Shown: positions 1 to 11,720, counted from the whole stretch's first letter. The stretch: 63,112 nt of DNA, filler included, from Lenisia limosa (GCA_001655205.1; 17 parts of 17 records of this genome joined end to end with filler, not necessarily neighbours in it), one strand, 5' to 3'. Notes: generated from the sequence alone by a model not told the origin. Numbers and translations: made by a program.

Positions 1-51
1 GGGGGGGGGTAAAACACAACTGGAGAATATCAGAGGTTGGTGGAATCCGAT

Positions 52-2689
52 CCCCCTCTCACCAATAAATAAGCCAGAAAGGCACTACCGAGAACACCAA
101 GGGAAGACAAGGAGTACGAGAGCGTCCGGTCTTGTCTATGTGAGGTGAGGCGAAGTGTTGGGGTTGAAGAAGCTTTGATTTTACATAAATCATAGTATCT
201 CACCAAAAATAACAAGATATCCCGCATACGAATTAGAAATGAAACTGTCAGTAGGGGTGAAGATGAACGTATAATCGCGACCGCCGAGACTCATAGTAAA
301 CTCCTCATAGAAGATGTTCTGGTTTCGCGCTTCATCCAGGGTCATCATTTTGGTTTGGTCGATAACAGACTGGAACGCCCAAACCGTGGTGTCTGGGGGG
401 GGGGGGGGNNNNNNNNNNNNNNNNNNNNNNNNNNNNNNNNNNNNNNNNNNNNNNNNNNNNNNNNNNNNNNNNNNNNNNNNNNNNNNNNNNNNNNNNNNNN
501 NNNNNNNNNNNNNNNNNNNNNNNNNNNNNNNNNNNNNNNNNNNNNNNNNNNNNNNNNNNNNNNNNNNNNNNNNNNNNNNNATGGGTGACCCCGTCGTAAA
601 GGTCAATGTTGACCCCTCCATCGGTCTGGGCAATTGGTCAAACGTTTTGCAGTACATTTTGAAATGGGCAATTAGAAAAATTCATGTTTAGGGATCTACG
701 CTTCCTGTAACAAATGCCAAAAATTACCAAATTTTAAGAAACAAATGTAATAAGCTGTGGAACCCAATTACCCCATAAACAGAGTTGGCAAAAAGCGTTT
801 CCAACTGAACAAAGGCTGTGATCGTTCCCCTGGATCATTAGGCTGAAATTAGAGTTGAACCTCACCCTCTGTGAAAAACATCAAACTTATCTAATAAGAC
901 GTCTCATAACACCAATCTACCCCCCCCCCCNNNNNNNNNNNNNNNNNNNNNNNNNNNNNNNNNNNNNNNNNNNNNNNNNNNNNNNNNNNNNNNNNNNNNN
1001 NNNNNNNNNNNNNNNNNNNNNNNNNNNNNNNNNTGGGGGCAGCAATATGAATGCCTGCCACCCCGGGATCGCCAACAGAAAACGGCCGACTACGTTCAGT
1101 GAGCATCATGATAATGTTACAAAAAAGAAACTTAAGGTTGTAAATAGCGGGTAAAGGGCGTTTGCATTGTTAGCATAGAAACTGCCATAAAACACCCTAA
1201 TATACACGCCTCTCACGATACAAAGGGTTCCTGATTAAATACATAATCATTCGAATCACCGCCAGAGCCTATAAACAAATTAAAGCGGGGAAATTGCAAG
1301 TGTCAGAATAATACCATCTGTGTACCAAATCCATTATAAAAAAAGTATCTCATTTCATTTTCACTACTAAAATAAAAACAAGTAGCGGCATTGTAAAGTA
1401 TTGGCCGATTATCTGAAGGAAACCTGACTAAAATCTGCTAAAACTGACCAATAGAATTAAATGAAACGGAGTAGAGAGGAAGGGAGGGAATCCACGCTTA
1501 CGTTCAGCAAGAAATCCAATATCAATTCCCAAATTAGGTGCGCTTTCCTGAACCGTCAGTTTGACTTCGTGAATTCCACCTGACTGGAAAGACCACAACA
1601 ATGGGTTTGAATCGCATACCGGGTATAGCAACATGCTGGGGAGGTAGAAGTCTTGAGAAGCCAGGGTCTCGACTGACACTGATGTTGAGCTATCGGTCAT
1701 GGTGTGGACATCGTAGGTCACAGCTCCAATTTGTAACTTGACTGCAGTCTGAAAGATTGAATCAAGTTTAACAGTGTTCTTCATTTGGGAGAGGAGAACA
1801 GAGTGTCACATACTCACCATGTTCCTCAATCATTCAGGTATAAGACAAAAAGAAAAGCACCCCAACCTCAAACGCAACAATGTCAGCTGGAAGTACAAAT
1901 TCTGACCATGACACAAGCTGAGTGGAGATAAGTAAGCACTGTGGAAAACTATTCAAGTTAGATGACTGACAATCTCAGAAAAAGTTAAAACAGAATTAAA
2001 AAAAATATATGGAAAGCAACTCTACTTCCACCGAATTAGCAGTATTACAGAACAGAATCTAGGAATAGTTTAATTGGATCTTAAATCGGTGAAACTCATG
2101 GGAAGTACAAAATCAACGAGAAATTAATGTAAGATACACACATAGAGTATTTAACAGTTCAAAAAAATGGAATAGGCAAAAGCTTAAAGTTTGTATTCAA
2201 ATTTTCAAGGTATGTAACTATGGTCAATGAAAAGTCAGTGGACAGACAAAAACAAAATAATAATAATAATAATAATACATCATTTCTGTACAATCAAGAT
2301 CCAATTTGCAGACTGAGGCATCTTTTGCACTCCAAATAGTACCTCTACTCCAAGATCTCGATCAACCATCGCGGCAACAAGGGTCTTGAATTTGTCCTGA
2401 TCGTCATTTCGGGCGAAGTCAATGGTTTGCTTGGCTAAGCAAGGTTAGCTTCTGCTTCCTCCAATTCAATCATTTCCAGACTAAGCAAACCTGATTCCAT
2501 CTGGTAGAGTACTGTGGAAAAAGAGGCGTTCAACATTGTCAGTTGGTTTTTGGCCAAATCATCAAATTTGTCGATTAATACATCAACTTGCCTATTACCA
2601 GCCCAGAAAAAAAGAAAAATTGACATAGAGCAGCCAAAAATGAAGACAATCACGGCAAAAATGATGATAAACTTCGATTTGGCTCCCAT
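52..2689 (-). CDS. CHASE-domain transmembrane sensor (TM1 - extracellular CHASE - TM2), multi-exon; cytosolic output domain lies outside the window
   Basis: Spliced exons: MGAKSKFIIIFAVIVFIFGCSMSIFLFFW (TM1); intron 2435-2490 (GTTTGC...GCTAAC...TAG) joining MES|AKQTIDFARNDDQDKF; LVSWSEFVLPADIVAFE; PNLGIDIGFLAERKR; SRPFSVGDPGVAGIHIAAP; GTITAFVQLETLF; RDYTFIFTPTDSF followed by a second hydrophobic segment. These follow the order of CHASE motifs (W..V...e..FE, lGlD, S.p..l...G....P, G.v). Confidence 0.6.
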
Positions 2690-3121
2690 AGTTGCTTTGG
2701 GTTGAGACAGTCTGCAGAGTAGTTAATAAAATACTGCACTACCTGCGCCCACTCGTCATTCCAGACACTGGTTGCTTCAAACGGAGTGGATGCTTGGCCA
2801 TTATTGGAACCTGCGGTATCCAACTGCTCTATTTTATACCGTGAACCTTGTTTCATCGTGGAAAGTGCAGTTTTATCCACTTAGAAAAAAGCTTCGTCGG
2901 CACTACCTCATTCTTCCAGTTTTTTTCAGAATTAACAATTCAATAAGTCTAAAAGTCTAATCGTCTAATCAACTATATCTCACTTTGTAAGTAATATCCG
3001 GTTTCAAGTTTTTTTGAATTTGGCTAAATACAGATCCTTAGATCAATATGTTTGAACTGAATAGTCAGTCATCAGTCTTTTCCTACCTTTACCTTGCCTT
3101 TACCCATCCTTTACCTACATC

Positions 3122-4790
3122 ATGGTTGGTTTATATTGTAGAATGGTGTGGTAATTCATACATTTAGGTTTTTTGGAAGAAGCGCAAATCTAGCGAGAGT
3201 CAAGTTGACTCAATCTCCAAAGCAGCCTTCAATGCTGACCTGGAGAATATTGTTGCCAAGGAATTAAACGGTCAGCTGATGTTGATGGTGGATAATATTG
3301 AAAACTTGTTGAGGGATTGGTTGGATTTCTATATATATATTTTTTTTTTCAAGTTGCCTTTCCTAACACACACAGCATCCGTCTATGAGATCAGCGTCAC
3401 AGCTGCAATGGATTGGCATGACAGCTATGAAGAAACCAGTGAAGTATGAGGCTGACAGGGGATAATTCACCAAATTTGGTTTGAGTGCATCATAGTATTA
3501 TGAGTAAATGCTTCGCTGTCAGATGGAGTGCTGCGATGCTGTACTGTTGAAAAAATAAGCCAGTAAATGACAACCTTTCTGCTTGGTTTTGTAGCACCGC
3601 TTTGAGGGCGTTGTTGTAAAGATTGTTCTTTTCTATTATCTCAGTATCACCATCTAGTAATACTTGTTTTGCCGCGCAATTATGGTTTTTGTCATCCAGA
3701 GCAGTGTTTAACCCCCCCCTGGCAATACCCTAACCCCTATCCATCCTTTGATTTGCTAACCCCTATCCATCCTTTGATTTGCTAACCCCTATCCATCCTT
3801 TGATTTGCTAAGATGATTTTTTTTAGATATTGAGATACCATTATATACAGGCCCCCCACCTTTTCACCTCCCCCACCCAGATGGGAGTGACATTTGGAAT
3901 TCAGTGGTCAGCAGCGTGGCGCAGAATTGCGCGCGAGCTCATTGCCAACTTTCACATGCAACTTGACGTGGGCTTCGTTATTTCTTGCCCCATGACAGCC
4001 CTTCTTCATGATTGCCATTTAACCTTTATCAGATGTCGTGCATATAGGTTAAAACAATATGTTCCAGAGATATCCTTCATTTTTAATTGATTTCACGTTG
4101 TTATTTTTAGCCTCGTGTAAGCCTCATAATGAATGTCGCAAATATTTCCTTCTTTCTCCCACGTTCCCCAGGATCTTGTTCTTACGTCTCAAATAATGGT
4201 CACAATGGCTAAAACCCTCTGGATTATGGAAGGAATCAATCTCCGCAGTGACTGCGGTGCTAGAAAGTGGCGGGGGGGTATGGGTGTACGTTTTATAAAT
4301 GTGGGGTGGATTGATCACACAATAATCTGTAATATTAAGCAAATTCAAATGAAAATAGCTTATCTGTACACCTGAGCTCACCACCCCACCCTACCCGAAA
4401 TAGCAAACAGCATCTATATATTCAATCATATTATAGAGTACAGCATATGATATGGATGTAATATGTAAAATATGCATGATGACGACGATCCTTGATAATG
4501 GGGTAACTTTAGGGCTTCACTTTGTTAAAAAAAAAGAGGCTGAATATATCGATAAGTCTTCGATAAATATCGATATTTTATCAGTATTTTTCAAACCGAA
4601 GTGAAGCCCAAGGTAACTTACACATTTTAAAAATGTATTTCTTTACCTTTCTCTTTTATAACGTATTTACTGCAGAGGGCAAAGACGTAATCTGACTCTT
4701 TCAGTGTAATCCAAAAACTCTGCAAACCAATGTGGTCAGAAAGACTCGGAAAGGAGTGTTTCGACATCAAGCCAGCCCCAGGTGCAGATG
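3122..4790 (+). CDS. Hypothetical multi-exon protein (partial)
   Basis: GC-richer segments bounded by AG/GT, e.g. FWKKRKSSESQVDSISKAAFNADLENIVAKELN, GVTFGIQWSAAWRRIARELIANFHMQLD, DLVLTSQIMVTMAKTLWIMEGINLRSDC; family not recognised. Confidence 0.3.
3730..3812 (+). repeat. 3 x 26-bp perfect tandem repeat CTAACCCCTATCCATCCTTTGATTTG at an intron 3' end
   Basis: Units start at 3730, 3756 and 3782, followed by CTAAG; each unit carries a CTAAC branch-point-like motif. Confidence 0.95.
4510..4611. mobile_element. MITE family 1 (hAT-like, ~100 bp), full copy with perfect 8-bp TSD GGTAACTT
   Basis: TIR TAGGGCTTCACTT...AAGTGAAGCCCAA; GGTAACTT at 4502-4509 and 4612-4619. Confidence 0.9.
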
Positions 4791-4856
4791 TGGCGGTGGG
4801 GGGGGGGTAATCNNNNNNNNNNNNNNNNNNNNNNNNNNNNNNNNNNNNNNNNNNNN

Positions 4857-4868
4857 TTAATTAATTAA
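4857..4868. other. Artificial contig linker TTAATTAATTAA flanked by N44 (first of ~16; others near 7024, 8785, 11942, 14020, 16025, 26323, 27869, 29517, 34890, 48036, 49709, 51348, 57821, 59801, 61895)
   Basis: Identical all-frame-stop 12-mer always embedded in two equal N runs. Confidence 0.97.
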
Positions 4869-4912
4869 NNNNNNNNNNNNNNNNNNNNNNNNNNNNNNNN
4901 NNNNNNNNNNNN

Positions 4913-6979
4913 GTTGTCATACGCAGTAGACATGTCAGGGAAGCGGGTTCCGAAGGTGGCTTCGTTGGGGCCGAAAAGAGGGTTGAGGCCTGCAATGTCA
5001 GGAGGAGTGATGAAGGGTAAAACAGCAGATTTCTGTGACTTGTGTGATACAAGTGGACGCTCACCGGAAAGGTTGACGTGGTCATCGATGACGACGACGG
5101 AGTCGGCTGAAAGGTTGTCAACGCATGACACGACCTCGTCCATGACGTGAAGGTCAGTAGCCTGGGGGGGGGGGGGNNNNNNNNNNNNNNNNNNNNNNNN
5201 NNNNNNNNNNNNNNNNNNNNNNNNNNNNNNNNNNNNNNNNNNNNNNNNNNNNNNNNNNNNNNNNNNNNNNNNNNNNNNNNNNNNNNNNNNNNNNNNNNNN
5301 NNNNNNNNNNNNNNNNNNNNNNNNNNNNNNNNNNNNNNNNNNNNNNNNNNNNNNNNNNNNNNNNNNNNNNNNNNNNNNNAAATATATATATGAGAATGAA
5401 ATAAGTAAAATCGAGGAGTAAACCCCTAAAATGGCATAAGGAAAGTCCAAGTATGCGAGTATGAGGCAAGGGGAGAGGCGAGCCAGACCTTGAGAAGGGC
5501 GAAGACACGGACGGCTTGGGTGACGTCAGCCATGGGGAGGAGGGTGCAGGCCTTGGGTTGGCCGGTAATGGCAACAACACGCTGAATGGTGAGCAAACAA
5601 TCACTAACAGCACGCTTAATGGCTAGCAAACAATCATCAGGTCTATAACTACTGTCAGTACGATGATTATATACAGTCTCGGTATTAACGAGAGCTTCCA
5701 AGGTTGAGAACGTTAAATTGGAAGACTTCGCTCACCTTGCCCTCAGCAGTGACTCCGGCAATGACCTTTCCGGGGTGGAGGTGGGGGATGGATTCGGCGG
5801 GGATGACGGATGCGTTCTTAAGGTTCTTCTCAAGGGCGGCAGCAGCCTCAGCAGGGGCAAGAATGGCGTGGAAGGACTGCGGAGTGAANNNNNNNNNNNN
5901 NNNNNNNNNNNNNNNNNNNNNNNNNNNNNNNNNNNNNNNNNNNNNNNNNNNNNNNNNNNNNNNNNNNNNNNNNNNNNNNNNNNNTATACAGTGACCGGAA
6001 TAAGTCTTGACCGATTTGCTATTTTATTTCCCAAGGAAAATAAGTCAAGACCTATCCCAGTCACTGTATTATATCATATATGCTAGAACATATGATATGA
6101 TATCATATATTATACTACGTACATGTATAAACAAAAAAAATAATACAAATAAGCCCCTGTCGCAGCGTCACTAACCTCAGTCATGTTGGGAAGGTTCTTT
6201 TTGAGGGCCTCAGCAGTGGCCTTAACTTCCGACAGGTGGCAATGGGAGTAACTGGGGAGAGGAGAGTGATGATAATGAGGGGGAATGCTTGTCTGCATGG
6301 GCAGAACAAGGCAAAAACCAAAGCGCAAATCCATGCATCATTATTTAAATACCGCTACTTTAGCAAAAGAAGGGATGAACCTGCTAATATTATTACACCC
6401 CAGATAATCTAAAACTATGAAGAAACTCCAGATGAGGCAGACATCGGAGGCTCACCGGATGCGGGCATCAGCAGCAGGCTTGGTCTTGGCAACAATGTGG
6501 GGGAGGTAGAGGCTGGAGACCGTACGGGCGGCGGCGGACTTGGTGATTTCAGCAAGGGCCTTGGTAGCTTGTTCGAGCTGGGCAGATGTGGGGGCAACAG
6601 CAGTGGTCTTGCCTGGGTTGTAAGTCTTTGACTTGCTTGTCATCCTTATCTCACGCCCCCATACCAGCAGTGTAGACAACGGGGCAGACGGTGGCTTGGG
6701 GCATCTCAAGCTCAGCGAAAGACTGCAGCAGTGCCCTGAAATGTCATGTTTGTAGAAAATGAACCAATACAATATTTATGGATAGATATGACAAGTCCAG
6801 AGTTTTAGCTACTTCCCTTAAATATCGATATTTTCAAAGTTGGGAAGCTTTAATAATAAATATAACGAAGTGAGCCGACATGTTGAAGACTGTGGAGACG
6901 GGGCAGCCGAGAAGAGCGCCGTAAGAGACCTCGCATTCTGAGGGGTAGGCGGGGCCGACAAAGCCGCGCATGCACTTGC
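4913..6979 (-). CDS. Purine nucleoside phosphorylase (PNP/MTAP family I)-like protein with at least two tandem, degenerate PNP domains; partial at both ends
   Basis: After removing in-frame intron 4990-5064 (GTGAGC...CTGAC...GCAG): [31 protein letters not shown], a strong PNP signature. Upstream exons EVKATAEALKKNL, HAILAPAEAAAALEKNLKNASVIPAESIPHLHPGKVIAG, RVVAITGQP...VTQAVRVFALLK align to the PNP N-terminal half. Further upstream, GFVGPAYPSECEVSYGALLGC...ELEMPQATVCPVVY aligns to a PNP C-terminal half. Confidence 0.75.
5989..6066. mobile_element. MITE family 2 (Tc1/mariner-like, 78 bp), full copy with TA TSD, in a PNP-gene intron
   Basis: TA|CAGTGACCGGAATAAGTCTTGACCGATTT...AAGTCAAGACCTATCCCAGTCACTG|TA; long imperfect TIRs. 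Confidence 0.88.
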
Positions 6980-7079
6980 NNNNNNNNNNNNNNNNNNNNN
7001 NNNNNNNNNNNNNNNNNNNNNNNTTAATTAATTAANNNNNNNNNNNNNNNNNNNNNNNNNNNNNNNNNNNNNNNNNNNN

Positions 7080-7361
7080 GATGACAGAAGATCGTTTTCC
7101 GGGCCTGGCGATCACCCTTTCAAACTCATGGATCCTAAGCAAGGTGAGAAAGCGCTGGTCGCGAGGCTATAATGCCATAAACAACCTTACGCCCTTTGTC
7201 GGTTTGTAGACGTCAGAGGGAACCTCCTTGAAGTCCGAGAGAAAGTCGGAAATAACGGACTTGCCTACACTAGGTGGCCCAACGATGATTATCTGTAGAA
7301 ATTAGACGATATAAAGTGGGTGAAAGCCTAAGGTTACCTTTGCATTAACTCTGTCGCTCAT
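7080..7361 (-). CDS. IFT22: Intraflagellar transport protein 22 (RABL5), 5' part
   Basis: Spliced (two GT-AG introns of ~45-50 nt): MSDRVNAKIIIVGPPSVGKSVISDFLSDFKEVPSDVYKPTKGVRIHEFERVIARPGK; matches the IFT22 pattern KIl.VGP..sGK..ia.fL......Y.PT.GVRI.EFE. Confidence 0.85.
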
Positions 7362-7873
7362 GTTGCTGTCTTAGTTGGGTATAAAAATTCACAGTTTATA
7401 ATATTATTTTCCTTAGTGGATGGCAGATCAAGCCAAACCTGTGAGCCAGACGCAACAAACTCCTCGGAGGTCGGTTCTGATGCCACCCCACCCAGGGTGG
7501 GGGGTGGGGCAGGCATAACGGCTGGATCAGTAGATCACTTCCCTTGAGGCTCAACCTCCGTTCTCATGCGCCAGCATGCGCCAAGGCGGAATACTCAATT
7601 AGAATATATAAGAGCGAATATGTGGGTGGTTTTCCCTTAGAACGAAACGCAAAAAAATTTACAAGTTCTGCTAAAGTTGACCCCTTTGTGTGATCTTCGA
7701 TCTGTCAACCTCACATTCTTCTCAGGCTATACCGCTGGCGAGTCTTCCACCTGAGGTGAAACGTGTATGATGAAACTGTGAATCTGTGATGAATAATATA
7801 TTTATAGATGGTTGAGTGTTGGTTGACTTGTTTTTGAGTTTTTGATGCCAGCCCTTAAACTAGACAGTTTTGA

Positions 7874-7943
7874 AGATCCCCAGATCGCTGTCAGATCTTG
7901 ACAGATCTCTGCAGATCTACAGATCTACAAAAATATCTGATCT
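7874..7943. repeat. Array of AGATC motifs at 8-11 bp spacing
   Basis: AGATC at 7874, 7882, 7893, 7903, 7913 and 7921, plus TGATCT at 7938. Confidence 0.85.
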
Positions 7944-8104
7944 AGACTCCGAGAAAACTATTGGCAAAATCCCTGTCCCGCCCAGGTGGTTGGGTTGGGC
8001 GAGAGGCATTCTCCGATCCAGGGTACAAACCAATTCTTCCAGATCCGCCGCCGGGTCCTCCTCTAGTTAGACCCGCCGGCGAACAGGGTTATAACGGTTT
8101 TCTG

Positions 8105-8105
8105 T

Positions 8106-8141
<36 letters not shown>
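8105..8141 (+). repeat. (CT)n microsatellite
   Basis: About 18 CT units with one interruption. Confidence 0.95.
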
Positions 8142-8143
<2 letters not shown>

Positions 8144-8840
8144 AGTGTTTCAAAAACGATTGTTGTTCAATCAGAAGTAAAAAAAACCACGTCTGAAACC
8201 ACGTTGTTCAGACCAGTCATATAAAGCTGAGTCAACAACACGCAAAGAAGGAGGCAATTTGGACACCCTATTATTGTTTGACAGGCGTGCAAAGTTGTTC
8301 TGGTATGGAGGTGTCAGCCTCTGTGTCAATAATAATCCAGTTCAGAGTAGTCTACAGATAAATCGCGATCCTCCTTACTCTTGCGTTCGTGTAGCTTGAT
8401 CGGTTTGTGGGCTGGGTTGTTAAACATGGCGGTGAATTCTTAGAAAAAGCCTGTGCAAAAATTGACCGTTTATTTATTAAGTTTGTTCATGAAAATACCG
8501 GTTTAGTCCCTTTTCATTTTTGACAACAGCCACTTAAAACAAAACCACCATATTTTGAGCCCCAAAAAAACCGTTGGAATTTGACCTCTGTATTTGAATA
8601 ACAATTGAAAATTTTTTGAAATAAGTAGTCTGAAATTTAGTTTATATTACAATGTGTTGCACTTCACATTTTGAAATTAAAATAATTGCATGGAGCCCTA
8701 CTATATATTTTGAAAGAACAAGAATTGTATTGAACCTACTNNNNNNNNNNNNNNNNNNNNNNNNNNNNNNNNNNNNNNNNNNNNTTAATTAATTAANNNN
8801 NNNNNNNNNNNNNNNNNNNNNNNNNNNNNNNNNNNNNNNN

Positions 8841-10467
8841 GATAGCAACAAAACAAACATAGCCCAGGCCAGTCGCCTCTGCAGCATTTATTAGGGTTAA
8901 AGCAGGTATAGTTCCAAAACCTGGCTCGGTCGAAAAACAAAAAGAACCAAAAACGAGCGTTATTTGAGTGATATATAGATTTAGTGTAAAGGAAATAATT
9001 GACATTAGAGAACAACAGTCATGATTTTTATACTGTAAAAATCCAGTAAAAGGTAGTAATAAGATGACATAACCATCAGTTTATGATCGAATACCTGTGA
9101 CAATTTACCAAGTACAAAAACATACACCGGAAGCCACGGTCAAGAGTATCCATAAGCACCCCCCTCTCCCAGCTTACATATATATATCATATCACTAGGG
9201 CTTCACTTCGGTTCGAAAAAAGACGGAATTTCTCGATAAATCTTCAAAAACTATCGATATTTTATTGGTATTTTTTTGAACCGAAGTGAAAACTAAATGT
9301 CACATATTGCCCCCCCCCCCCTTACGAGGAGACGACGGCATGTATTCCACAAGCCCGTTGGGATCCTTAACGCTGACCCTCTTAATCTTCCTCAGCCTCC
9401 TGTCCAGTTCATATACACGCTTTTTGAGACGATTACGCTCATCGGTGCCTGAAAACGTTAATATTATGTCATATACAAGTATAATATGATCTGTCTCCGA
9501 AACATTTATTATTATTTTAGCTGGATTATAGTTTGATATTAATTCACCCAATAATTTGCCTTACAACTCTACACACACAGCTTTGTGCGTGCCTCCCTAG
9601 CATACATTAATAAGAAACCAATTTCTCTTACTCATCTCTACATATATGCCCTATTTGTCATATGCGCCTGAAAAGGTTACAACCCCATATAATATATCCA
9701 CAAGTAATATGATCGCTTTTCGAACATGACGCTCCAACAACTATTATGTCATAAAATATATTCTAAAAATTAGACAATATCAAAGATATCTTAGTATACA
9801 CAGTATGATATTATGATACAGATAAGTACACCTCAGAATGAGTTTATGAACAAAGAGTATCCACCGGGATGAAGGGGAAGCTTAATCACAAGAATCAACA
9901 ATATTGGAGGTGAAAAAAGCGACAAAAAATAAAACTCAATTCAACCCATTATTAGAAACTCCAAAGACAACATTTCAACTCACACCTATGAGCTCAACCT
10001 GCCCTCCAAACCTTCAGCAACCTTCTTCTGGAGATCCATGACTGCTGCACGAAGGGTTGCCATCTCACTCCTACCACCGTTAGAACAGTTAACACCACGA
10101 TCGCCTACAGCTCAGCTGGGAGAATGACCTCCTCTTCTTCAGGCTCATCATCAACGGCCTCCAAAGATTCAGTGAAATCGCGCTGGGAAGGCTGTGGAAC
10201 AACAATGCGACGGGGATCCTTGGAGTCCACTCGAGGAACCATCTTGTGAAGGGCTGGTGAAGCAGTTGAGGTCGCGCCAAACATTTTACCAAGAACACCT
10301 GACGTAAAGCCCCACTACACAGTCATTTTGGAAGGTAACACAAAGAGATTTACCGAGTGCTCCTTGGCTTGGGGCTTAACCGGAGTGCTTGCCTCTGCTT
10401 TGACATCGAATTGACCAGTTTTTTTCTTAACAGCCTTTGATTTTGGCTGTTTCTTCTTTGGCCTCAT
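8841..10467 (-). CDS. Hypothetical protein with basic N-terminus and coiled-coil segments (multi-exon, partial)
   Basis: ATG 10467 MRPKKKQPKSKAVKKK; exons ...EEEEVILPAEL|EMATLRAAVMDLQKKVAEGL and TDERNRLKKRVYELDRRLRKIK, with GT-AG boundaries. Confidence 0.4.
9196..9295. mobile_element. MITE family 1, full copy, degraded 8-bp TSD (CATATCAC / AATGTCAC)
   Basis: TAGGGCTTCACTTCGGTTCG...GAACCGAAGTGAAAACTA; flanks match at 6/8. Confidence 0.9.
9525..9605. repeat. Dispersed repeat family 3 (core ATATTAATTCACCCAATCATTTGCCTTACAAC...CGTGCCTCCC.AGCAT)
   Basis: Near-identical core at 23818-23873; inverted core at ~60728-60760. Confidence 0.8.
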
Positions 10468-10971
10468 TTTTAAAACTCAAGCAGGATAACTTTCAGTGTT
10501 GCTTTCAATTATACGTATATATCTAGACTAATAGGCGTGGCTAGCGTGTTTTTATTGCAATTTATTGGCACTTTTTTTTTTATATATGATTACATTTGAT
10601 TACATTGCCTTTTCATAAAATGCTATGAACAGATCTGTCTTTTTCGCTCAAGATAAAGCAAAGCAGAATATTTGAAGAGTTAAACACTGTTAACGGAATT
10701 GTTAACAGATTGAAAACTGAGAAACAGTTGAAAAAGTCATAGAAGTGTAACTTTAGGGTAGATTCAGATGTTTAGTTGTGTTGATGTCGTGGTTGCACAC
10801 AGCATTACTCTCGCACACTGAGTTGCTTGTTTCTAGTCAGGAAAAAGACGGCGAAAACTGGTCTGAACTAAACAAAGTAAGCTACCGGCTCGTATTTCAA
10901 GCGTATTAACCTATTGACAGCTTTTAAACGATTTTGGAGACTTCAGTGCGGTCTCAACAACTGTTTCATTG

Positions 10972-11455
10972 ATGAATAGAAGTGGTGGGTTGTTCCTTCT
11001 CCACCATTCGTCTCTCTTATCGCTCAGGCGATATGGATCTCACCGATGAAAGCATTAAAGAGGCGATGGACATCAACCCCGCCACTCTGGCGGCAAGTCT
11101 CACCAAAAGTCCCTTTCCCTCAAGCTTAACCCTCCCCATGCTCCATAACATCTGGAGAGCACAGCCTGTTAAGCTTGTTCATGCGTTTGCCACCGCCCAT
11201 GCCCAGGAGCCAAAGTGTCTAACAACTCTTTTGGAGATCATTATTCATATGAAGGTTGGAAGGAAGTGTGGGTGCGAATGCCGAGATCATAATTTCGATT
11301 CTGAGTGTGAAGAAAGAGTCATATCTTTTTTTTCTCTAGCTTTAATTCACTCAAGCAGTGGGACAAATAAAGGGTTGAATTCAGTTTTTTCATCCAATCG
11401 CATATTTGTATCTGACTGCATCCGTATTGTTACTCGTTTCAATGGGACCACATAA
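10972..11455 (+). CDS. Hypothetical alpha-helical protein, 5' exons
   Basis: MNRS|GDMDLTDESIKEAMDINPATLAASLTKSPFP...CLTTLLEIIIHMK|GT; divergent from the gene starting at 10467. Confidence 0.35.
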
Positions 11456-11546
11456 TGTGCCTTGTTCTTCATGGGGGTGGATGGGGATCTTTTAGATCTG
11501 CGGAATGGAGCTTTTTCGAAAACCATTGGCATGATTAATACATATA

Positions 11547-11624
11547 CAGTGACCGGGATAAGTCTTGACCTTTTTTCCTTTGGAATTCACAGATCAAATC
11601 GGTCAAAACTAATCCCGGTCTCTC
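11547..11624. mobile_element. MITE family 2, full degenerate copy
   Basis: TA|CAGTGACCGGGATAAGTCTTGACC...AATCGGTCAAAACTAATCCCGGTC. Confidence 0.85.
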
Positions 11625-11720
11625 TATATTTATTTTTTTGTTTGGGTTATTGATTGCCAGGGATCCCACTAATACGGACTACCCGTTCACGTTGACTAGC
11701 CATGGTTTATGAGATTCGAT

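Noticed and set aside
4510-4611. MITE families 1 and 2 as introners (intron-creating elements)
   Set aside because: Their ends do not coincide with GT/AG boundaries; they sit inside larger introns.
4990-5064. Apparent 25-aa insertion (ERPLVSHKSQKSAVLPFITPPDIA) in the PNP motif
   Set aside because: It is an in-frame GT-AG intron with a CTGAC branch point; removal restores [11 protein letters not shown].
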